In this document: positions 38,885 through 47,200 of the stretch, piece after piece
How positions within the stretch are numbered: position 1 is the first letter of the stretch
Layout: every line of letters begins with the position of its first letter
Origin: Hyalangium minutum
GTDB taxonomy: Bacteria; Myxococcota; Myxococcia; Myxococcales; Myxococcaceae
Assembly: GCF_000737315.1 (NCBI RefSeq)
Contig: NZ_JMCB01000006.1
Location: forward strand, 806,001 to 870,000
Reading direction: 5' to 3'
Length of the DNA: 64,000 bases
Notes under the pieces: generated by a model
The model's input: the letters and a program-made list of their open reading frames with translations, nothing else
What the model was told of the DNA's origin: nothing
The model's database searches: none
Translations under genes and position numbers: made by a program

Positions 38885-39009
38885 GATCGGCTCGTTCCCC
38901 CCCAAACCCAATCCATATCGGAGCCTGGACCCTGGCGCACGGGCTTGGCGGGTCCCCTGCGCACGGGCCGTGCCTCCGGCTGGACCCCCGGGGAGCGTAG
39001 ACTGCGCGC

Positions 39010-40272
39010 ATGTCCAAGACCGACACGCGCTCCGCCGACCCGTGCCCGCACCTGGGCCGCGAGTACAACCACTTCGCCGGTCCCCACCTCCAGAACCCAG
39101 CACCGTTCTTCGAGCGGCTCCGGAAGGAGGCGCCCGTCACCTTCAACCCCATGCTGGGCATGTGGCTGATCAGCCGCTACGACGACATCGCCGCGGTGCT
39201 GAACAACGCCTCCGCCTACTCCTCGGCGAGCGCGGTCGCCTCCACGGAGAAGCTGACACCCGAGGCCCAGGCCATCCTCGGGCCCGGCCCCATCATCCAC
39301 GACAGCCCACTCAACATGGATCCGCCGGCCCACACCCGGCTCAAGCGCCTGCTGCAGCGCGGGTTCACGCCCGCGAAGATCGCCCGCCTGGAGCCGCGCA
39401 TCCGGCAGTTCGCCAACGCGCTCATCGACAGCTTCATCCACGAGGGCCGGGTCAACCTCGTGGAGCGCTTCGCCTCGCCGCTGCCGGTGCAGGTCATCCT
39501 GAGCATGGTGGGCGTGCCGCAGGAGGACATGGAGCGAGTGAAGAACTGGTCCACCGCGCTGTTCGGGCTCGTGTTCGCCCAGATTCCTCCCGAGCTGCAG
39601 CCCACCCTGGCGCGCGGCGTGGTCGAGTACCGGCACTACTGCACCCAGCTCATCGAACAGCGGCGGCGCCAGCCCCAGGAGGACCTCACGAGCGACCTCA
39701 TCGCCGCCGAGCCCGATGGTGAGGCGCTGACGATGGACGAGCTCATCTCGCTCATCGGCGGCTCGCTGCTCGCGGCAGGCCATGAGACGACGACGGCGCA
39801 GATTGCGTTGTCCGTGAAGAACCTGCTGGAGCAGCCGGAGCGCTGGCAGAGGCTGCGCGAGGACCGCTCGCTCATCCCCAAGGCCGTGGAGGAGTGCATG
39901 AGGCTGGAGGGCGTGGCACCCGGCATGACGCGCACGGCCCTCCAGGACGTGGTGGTGGGCGGGGTGTCCTTGCCCAAGGGCTCGCGCCTGCTGCTGCTCT
40001 ACGGCTCCGCCAACCACGACGAGGCGCACTACCCGGATCCGGAGCGCTTCGACCTGGAGCGCGAGGGCCCGCAGCACCTCACCTTCGGCCGCGGCATCCA
40101 CTTCTGTCTGGGCGCGCAGCTGGCCCGGCTGGAGCTTCGCGTCGCGCTCGAGCAGCTCCTGGAGCGCATCCCCGAGCTGCGCCTCGTCCCGGGCCAGGAC
40201 TCCGGGTACCAGCAGGACCTGCTGATCCTCCGAGCCATCCGCCAGCTCCAGGTGGAGTGGCCCGTCCGCTGA
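39010..40272 (+). CDS. Cytochrome P450
   Basis: MDPPAHTRLK, AGHETT, EECMR, FGRGIHFCLGAQLARLE. Confidence 0.96.
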   Translation: MSKTDTRSADPCPHLGREYNHFAGPHLQNPAPFFERLRKEAPVTFNPMLGMWLISRYDDIAAVLNNASAYSSASAVASTEKLTPEAQAILGPGPIIHDSPLNMDPPAHTRLKRLLQRGFTPAKIARLEPRIRQFANALIDSFIHEGRVNLVERFASPLPVQVILSMVGVPQEDMERVKNWSTALFGLVFAQIPPELQPTLARGVVEYRHYCTQLIEQRRRQPQEDLTSDLIAAEPDGEALTMDELISLIGGSLLAAGHETTTAQIALSVKNLLEQPERWQRLREDRSLIPKAVEECMRLEGVAPGMTRTALQDVVVGGVSLPKGSRLLLLYGSANHDEAHYPDPERFDLEREGPQHLTFGRGIHFCLGAQLARLELRVALEQLLERIPELRLVPGQDSGYQQDLLILRAIRQLQVEWPVR

Positions 40273-40287
40273 GCCCTCGCCCGAGGT

Positions 40288-40929
40288 TCAGGCGCCGTAC
40301 GAGGGGAGGAGCAGATCCCGCCGCCACTCGCTGAGCCGGTAGTACTCTTCCTCGGGCCACGTGCCCAGGTGCACCATGACGATGCCTCCGTCCGAGGCCG
40401 TCAGGCTCGCATCCACGTGGACGCTCGGCTCCACCACGGTGTCCGGCGGATCCACGTAGCCCTCCTGGTGCTCCAGCTCCAGGGAGGTGAGCCGCGCGCC
40501 TGGGAACTCGGCGAGGCAGGCCCCGAGGAACTCGTGCGGGGCACGGTACGGCGGCGGCGCGCCGATGTGCATGCCCCACGGATCCATCAGGCGCAGCTGC
40601 GTGGTGGTGCGCACCCAGGCCAGCGTGGCTCGCTCGTGCATGGCGCCCACGTGATCCACCGCCTGGGCATGGCGCATGCCGTCCTGGCCGCGCATGTGCA
40701 GGGTGTAGTGAGGGCGATCTCCCGGCCACCACCAGCTCAGCTCGAAGCGATCGCCCGGCCCTGACTCGTCGGGAGGAAAGAGCGCCTCCAGGTGCAGCAG
40801 GAATTGCTCCTCGGAGAGGCTCAGCCGGTGCTCGCGCAGGGAGTGCCAGTCCGTGCGGGCGAAATGAACCACCCGTGCGCGGTAGGCACGCGGGTCCAGA
40901 CTCAGAAGGTCTACCCAGTCGTCACTCAT
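40288..40929 (-). CDS. Hypothetical protein
   Basis: AGGAG upstream; 213-aa ORF with plausible composition filling the gap between P450 and SDR. Confidence 0.6.
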   Translation of the reverse strand: MSDDWVDLLSLDPRAYRARVVHFARTDWHSLREHRLSLSEEQFLLHLEALFPPDESGPGDRFELSWWWPGDRPHYTLHMRGQDGMRHAQAVDHVGAMHERATLAWVRTTTQLRLMDPWGMHIGAPPPYRAPHEFLGACLAEFPGARLTSLELEHQEGYVDPPDTVVEPSVHVDASLTASDGGIVMVHLGTWPEEEYYRLSEWRRDLLLPSYGA

Positions 40930-41160
40930 CGGGCATCCCCAGCCTACTCCTTCAGCCTGAAGAAGTGTTCGCCTGAAGAAGGGCGCCTCGGAAACGGCCC
41001 CTGACAAAGGCTGACCAGCAGGGGGGGACGAAAGGCGAAGGAAGGCACGTCCTGGAGGCTCGTCGAGGAGGCGGGCAGCCGAGCCGTCGGTGAGGGCCAC
41101 ACTGTTTCCGGCTGCGCTCGCGCCCCATCCTGGTGTGTGGACGAGCCAGGTGGAGGCGGA

Positions 41161-42156
41161 ATGGGGCGCGAGGAGCTGCGGGGCAAGGTCGCCATCGTCA
41201 CGGGGGCTTCCAGCGGTGTGGGCTGGCAGAGCGCGGTGCGCTTGGCGGAGCAGGGCGTGCGGCTGTGCGTCACCGCCCGGCGTCTCGAGGCGCTCGAGAA
41301 CCTTCAGGCCCAGGTGCTGCGACAGGGCGGCGAGTGCCTGGTGGCGCCGGGAGACGTGACGGTGCAGCAGGACGTGGACCGCGTGGTGCGCGCCTGCATC
41401 GAGTTCTACGGCCGGGTGGATCTGCTGGTGAACGTGGCGGCGGTGCAGTCGTACGGGTTCTTCGATGACCTGCCGTGGGAGCACCTGGAGCGCACCTTTG
41501 ACGTGAATTGCTTCGGGTACATGCGCTTCGCGCGTGCGGTGCTGCCGCACTTCCGAGCCCAGCGCAGCGGCCACGTCCTCAATGTCCAGTCCATGCTCTC
41601 CAAGGGCGGCGCGCCGCTGCTGGCCTCGTACGCGGCGTCCAAGCACGCCACGCTCGGCTGGGCGGAGTGCCTGGAGCTGGAGCTGCGCGGCACGGGCATC
41701 CACGTCTCCAATGTGCTGGTGCCCTCGGTGGCCACGCCGATGTTCGATCACGCGCCCACCCAGTTCCACCTGGCGCCGATGCCGGTGCCGCCCACCTATG
41801 AGCCAGACGTGGCGGCGCGCGCGGTGGTGAGGTGCGCCCGGCGGCCGGGGCGGACCGTGGTGCCCGTGTTCCTCCAGGGCAGGCTCATCCTCTGGATGGA
41901 CCGGTGGGTGCCGCGGGTGGGCAAGTGGCTGCTAGGAAACTTCGGCGTGCGGATGCAGATGCGCGAGAAGCCCGTGGAGCGGACCGAGGGCAACCTCTTC
42001 CACCCGGTGCGGCAGGGCGTGGGGCCTCACGGCAGCGTGCCGCCCACGCCTCGGTGGAAGCGCTTCACGGCCACCGCGGGCCTTGTGGCGCTGGCCGGTG
42101 GAGCGCTCAGCGGCGTGGCGCTCGGGGCCCGAGGGCTGGCGCGGGCCGTGCGGTGA
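41161..42156 (+). CDS. SDR-family oxidoreductase
   Basis: TGASSGVG, YAASK, C-terminal hydrophobic tail. Confidence 0.92.
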   Translation: MGREELRGKVAIVTGASSGVGWQSAVRLAEQGVRLCVTARRLEALENLQAQVLRQGGECLVAPGDVTVQQDVDRVVRACIEFYGRVDLLVNVAAVQSYGFFDDLPWEHLERTFDVNCFGYMRFARAVLPHFRAQRSGHVLNVQSMLSKGGAPLLASYAASKHATLGWAECLELELRGTGIHVSNVLVPSVATPMFDHAPTQFHLAPMPVPPTYEPDVAARAVVRCARRPGRTVVPVFLQGRLILWMDRWVPRVGKWLLGNFGVRMQMREKPVERTEGNLFHPVRQGVGPHGSVPPTPRWKRFTATAGLVALAGGALSGVALGARGLARAVR

Positions 42157-42271
42157 GAACCTGAGAGGTCGCAGGGGGGCGGAGTGCTCAGGAGGGTTGA
42201 GTCTCCTCCGCAGATGCGCGAGAAGTCTGCTGTCGGGGCGTGACCCCTGAACGAGCAGGACCTCGGCCTCC

Positions 42272-43558
42272 ATGACGCTCCGGGAAACCATCGAGTATGC
42301 ACGCGGGCTGTTCGTGAAGCTCTGGGCCGAGCTCTGGAAGGACCATCCCCGGTTCCAGGAACTGGAGCGGGAGTTTCGCCTCAATAAGGCGATCGGGACC
42401 GAAGCGCAGGTCCTCAAACTGCTCGACGAGGGGAAGAAACCGCCGGAGGAGTGGAACGGCCTGGTGCGGCTGCGTGCGCTGGATGAGTTCCTGGCCGAGA
42501 ACTCGGGGAGCCGGGCCACAGGAGTGGACACCCTGCTCTCGACGCTCGTGCAGTTGGAGGACGGAGAGCGCTACCACCTCTACCGGCGCCCTCAGGGGAT
42601 GAGGAAGGGCCACCTCGAAGGGAAGGTGGGGCACCTCCGCAACTGGGCGAGGCATCACTGGGTCATCCCCGCGAACTTGAGCCGCTATCACGTCGAGATC
42701 CGGAAGCCAGGCGATTACCTCTCCCGGAAGCTCGCCGACCTCTACAAGCGGGGAGAGCGCCTCCGGGTTGCCATCTGCCACTTCGAGGACGGAGTGGGGC
42801 TATCGCGGGTGAAACCGCATCCTCCGTCGTGGCGAGTGGAGAGCCTCACGGATCCGGAGGCCCGCTGGCAGACCCTGAAAGGCTTCCTGGAACAGGCGCG
42901 ATTCGCAGGAGCCCACGTGTTGGTGCTCCCGGAGCTCACGGTGACACCCGCGCTGCGGGAACGGGTCCAGCAGTGGCTGGAGGAGCACTTCGGCGAGCAT
43001 GAGATGCTGATGGTGCTCCCTGGAAGCTTTCATGAGGCGGACAGTGAGGACCCGGACAAGGTCTTCAACCGGGCGGAGCTGTTGGACGCCTATGGGCACC
43101 CCGTCCTAGAGCATCTCAAGCTCCTGCCTTTCGGCGGGCTTGGCGAACAGGGAGCCGAGGACATCCACACCGGGAAGTGGATCCGGCTGATGGGACTGCC
43201 GCTCGGCATGCTGGCGATGCCCATCTGCCTGGACTTCTGCGAAGCAGACGGGCCGATGCCTGAAGTCTGGAAGAACATCGGTCCCGAGTGGGTGCTGGTC
43301 CCCGCCTTGGGGGATGCTACCAGCCTCAGGGCGCATGCCCGGGCGGCCGCACAGCTCTACACCACGCGCGGCAGCGTCACCGTGCTGGCCAACCAGCCCA
43401 AGACTGAAGGGGAGAAGGCTCCTGGCTTCGTCTACCAGGGTCAGAAGCGCGACAGTGCGGAGAAGGCGGATGAGCCTGTGCCCTGCTTCCAGGTGGTGGA
43501 AGTGGACATCCGCTTGGATTTCCAGGGGAACAAGCAGGCACCGGGAGCGGTAAACTAG
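42272..43558 (+). CDS. Nitrilase/carbon-nitrogen hydrolase superfamily protein with unknown N-terminal domain
   Basis: Putative E-K-C triad in VLVLPEL, HLKLLPF and PICLDF; FNRAEL motif. Confidence 0.75.
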   Translation: MTLRETIEYARGLFVKLWAELWKDHPRFQELEREFRLNKAIGTEAQVLKLLDEGKKPPEEWNGLVRLRALDEFLAENSGSRATGVDTLLSTLVQLEDGERYHLYRRPQGMRKGHLEGKVGHLRNWARHHWVIPANLSRYHVEIRKPGDYLSRKLADLYKRGERLRVAICHFEDGVGLSRVKPHPPSWRVESLTDPEARWQTLKGFLEQARFAGAHVLVLPELTVTPALRERVQQWLEEHFGEHEMLMVLPGSFHEADSEDPDKVFNRAELLDAYGHPVLEHLKLLPFGGLGEQGAEDIHTGKWIRLMGLPLGMLAMPICLDFCEADGPMPEVWKNIGPEWVLVPALGDATSLRAHARAAAQLYTTRGSVTVLANQPKTEGEKAPGFVYQGQKRDSAEKADEPVPCFQVVEVDIRLDFQGNKQAPGAVN

Positions 43559-43590
43559 AGTAAACCCCTGGAGTTCACTAAGGTTTACTC
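43558..43590. promoter_or_regulatory. Palindromic operator candidate
   Basis: GAGTAAACC-N15-GGTTTACTC abutting ATG 43591; extra GTAAAC at 43550. Confidence 0.6.
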
Positions 43591-44241
43591 ATGCCGCTTG
43601 AGCTGGAGACTGTCGCTCCCGAGGACTTGGCGTTCCATGCCTCGCTGGCCGAGATGTTGGAGGCCATCCGCAGCCGCGAGCAGTGGAGCGAGCGCATGGC
43701 CGAAGTCCTGGAGTACGCCTACTGCGAGCGGCTCCTCAAGCTGGTGCGGACGGGAGCACCGCTAGAGCAGCTCCGCGAACTGAACGAGCACTTGGCTCAT
43801 GTCGTCCATCCCCGACGGCGCGCCCAGCTCGACAGCCTGGGCAAGCCCTACTTCGCGCGCTGGTCCATGCTGCGCGCGCTATTGGAGATGCGCATCGAGT
43901 CGCTGCGCAGTGAAGTCCCCTCCCAGGTGCTCAACCGGAAGCACGTCCGGGAAATCCTGGAGCGCGTCCAGCGAGAGGGGGAGGTGACGCAGCAGTTCAT
44001 CGGCGAGACGTTCGCGCTCGAGAAAGCCAACCTGTCCCGGATCCTGGCGCTCATGGAGGCCAACGAGCTCATCGACAAGGTGGCTCGGGGCAATGGCAAC
44101 ACCATCGTCCTGGGAGTCAGGGGGCGGGAGTTGATGCCACCGAAGGAGACTGCCGTGCCACGGGCCCCCGCGCCCGTGAAACACGCGCGGCGTGGAGCCT
44201 CGTACCTCAACCCCGAAGCGGCCGATGGCACCTTCCACTAG
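43591..44241 (+). CDS. Winged-helix (MarR-like) DNA-binding protein with helical N-terminal domain
   Basis: VREILERVQREGEVTQQFIGETFALEKANLSRILALMEANELIDKVARG...LGVRG. Confidence 0.75.
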   Translation: MPLELETVAPEDLAFHASLAEMLEAIRSREQWSERMAEVLEYAYCERLLKLVRTGAPLEQLRELNEHLAHVVHPRRRAQLDSLGKPYFARWSMLRALLEMRIESLRSEVPSQVLNRKHVREILERVQREGEVTQQFIGETFALEKANLSRILALMEANELIDKVARGNGNTIVLGVRGRELMPPKETAVPRAPAPVKHARRGASYLNPEAADGTFH

Positions 44242-44245
44242 GACC

Positions 44246-47200
44246 ATGACGGCACACGTCTCGACCTTCTACAGCTTCAAGGGGGGTGTGGGGCGGACCC
44301 TGTTGCTGGCCAACGTGGGCGTGGCCCTCGCGCGCGGCCATCAGCGAGTCCTCTTGTGGGACCTGGATCTGGAAGCGCCAGGGATGCACCACATCGAAGG
44401 ACTGAAGCCGCGCAAGCCCGTGGCCCAGGGTTTCCTGCGGTGGCTGATGGAGTGGCAGCAGGCGGAAGCCGCCGCCGCCGCCCCCGTCCCCCTCGAGGGG
44501 CACCTGTTGGAGTCCTTTCTGGCCCTGCCGTACGCAGTGCCAGAGGTCCCCGGCTTGTTCGTCCTGCCCGCGTATGGGGAGCGCGAGAACTTCACGGGCC
44601 TCTACCAGCAGATCGACTGGCACAAGTTCACCGTGGAGTCTCCCGAGCGAGGCGTCGCGCTCTTTCAGCAGCTCCTGGACGGGCTCACGGGGCGGCTGGG
44701 GTATGGCCACATCCTGCTGGACTCACGGACGGGCATCACCGATCTGGGAGGCCTGCTCACGGCGGTGCTGCCGCATGCGACGGTGCTGGTGGGCAACTAC
44801 TCGGCCCAGAACACGGCGGGGCTGCTGAACGTCTATCGCGCGCTGCAGCCGGCGGTGGCCGGGAAGATGCCCGAGCGGAGATATGGGAAGTTGCGGCGTC
44901 TGCTGGTGGCCTCGCCGGTGCCGCTCCTGGAGACGAAGCAGGCGCTGGAGGCGCGCCGTGCCGTCTGGAACAGCCAGTTCGAGACGCCACCGGACGAGAC
45001 CCGTGTGGAGATCCCCTTCGTGGAGCGGTTGCTCTTTGGAGAGGAGCTGCTGGTCGAGACGGCTCCCCAATCGCCCACGGCCCGGGCCTATCAGGAGGTG
45101 GCCGCGAGGCTCAGCGAACTCCGAGAGGAGCGCATCCAGGAGGAGGAGGCCGCCAACCTGGGGGATCAGCTCTACCCGGAGCGCGCGCGGATGCGGCGGA
45201 TGAGCGGGCTGGAGGGATTCTTCGACGCGGGCCCCTCCTTCGAGCAGCGGGTGGAGAAGCTGCTCCGGCTCCTGGGCTACACGGTGACTCGGCTTGAGCC
45301 GCAGGACAGTGGAGCGGATCTCCAGGCCCAGCGTAAGAGCGGCCTCCTGCAGGAGCGGTACCGGGTCGTCTGCAAGGAGATACGGCGGCCCCTCTCGCTG
45401 ATTGAGGCGCAATCGCTCGTGAAGCTGCTCCAGCCCACGGGCGAGCGATCCTCCGAGAATGCACTGATGGTGGTGGCGTCCGGCTTCTCCACCGCGGCCA
45501 TCGAGTTCCTGCAGGAAGCGCGGGTGCTGGCCTTCACCTTGAAGGACCTGGAGCGGGAGCTCTTCGACTTCAAGCCGTACCTGTCGCGGCTTCGCAGGAG
45601 CTACGAGGAGAGCACGCTGGCGCGCACCTACGTCCCTCCAAAGCTGAAGTCCCTGGAGGTGCAGGGACGGGAAGCGGAGGCGCTGGCACGAGGCAAGGCG
45701 TGGGCTCGCGGGGAGAGTGCCCGGCTGTGGCTGGTGGTGGGAGAGGCCGGGACGGGGAAGACGAGCTTCATCCAACGGCTCGCCTATGAGCTGGCGGCTG
45801 CCGCCGAGAAGGATTCTGACAGCCCCGTTCCTGTCACCATCCCCCTCAAGGACTTTGGGGGAGCCGTCTCCCTGGAGGGAATGCTGCAGGAACACATGGC
45901 CGCACGCGTGGGCTGGCGGGGAGATCCCGCGGTCCTGCTTCACCTGCTCTCCGTGGGGAGAATCGTTCTGCTCCTGGATGGGCTGGACGAGCTGGGTGTC
46001 ACGGAGCCCTCGCTCCTGGAGGAGCAGCTCCGCCAGCTCGCGAGGCCGACCGCCTCCGAGCCCGAGGAGCCGCGGGGTAACCGCGTTCTCATCACGAGTC
46101 GAGCGCAGCACTTCCGGGACGAGCGCAGCGCGGGGCTCCCGGCGCGCGTCTCCCCGTTGAACACTGCGCTTGGGTCCGTGGCTCTGGCGCTCGGCGCGGA
46201 GGTGGATGAGCTGGCCGGGTGGGATCGGCAACAACTGCGAGAGTTCCTCGTCCGATCCCTCGGACAGGAGAAGGCGGCACAATGGGATGCACTGCTTGCC
46301 CGGATCGAGGCACGGCCTGAGCTGACCTCCCGGCCGATGCTGGTGGAGATGCTTCTGCCCGTGGCCTCGGAGCTCTCTTCTTACAAGGGCGAGTTGTCTC
46401 TCGGGGCTTTGTTTCAGCTCTTCATCCGCCACGTGCTGAAGAGCCAGGGCCCGCTTGCACGGATGCGGCTAGGACGCTTCTTAGAGCGGTTGGCGCACGA
46501 GGCGCGGAGGGACCCGCGAGGCCGGATCCACATCACCAAGATGATCCGCCTGATAGGTGTGCCGCTCAGGAGTACGGCGCGTCAGGAGGCCTCCAGGCTG
46601 GAGCCGGAGCTGAGCGCGCTGCCCTTCCTGACGCGGGAGCTGGGCGAGTACTACCAGTTCAAGTTCAAGCTCTTCGAGGAGTTCTTCTATGCGCGGCATC
46701 TGTGGAACGCGGCGCACCGACAGAGGCTGGCGCATGCGCTGGATGCGCCCCCGCTGACGTCCGACGGAGCCGTCTTCCTGGTGGATCTCGCCGCCAGCGA
46801 GGACGTGGAGGTGCTTCGATCGGGTGTCAGGCAGGTGCTGTCCGGTAGCTATTCGCCTCGGATCAGTGAGAACGCGCTCCGCCTCGCGTACGAGTGGAGC
46901 TGTGGCACGGCGGGAGGCGCCAATCAAAGCAGCCAGCAAGAGATGCGCTGGTTCATGCCCCCGCAGGCGCACCTGGAAGGAGCGGACCTCCGCGGAGCCC
47001 GGTTGGCTTGGGCGTGGCTCGAAGGGGCCCGGCTCGTGGAGACTCGCCTGGACGGTGCGGACCTGACGGCGGCGAACCTTCGCGGAGTCGAGGGCCACAG
47101 GCTTCAAGCGCGTGTCAGCATCCTGGACGGAGCGGACTTGGGTCGCGCTCAGCTCCGGGAGGCAGACTTCTCGGGCAGTACGGCGTTCCACCACGCTCCG

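Noticed and set aside
38885-39009. Biarylitide-type (MxYxH) precursor upstream of the P450
   Set aside because: No such short ORF found; the 38-aa peptide at 33984 has no aromatic residues, so it is not a P450 crosslinking substrate
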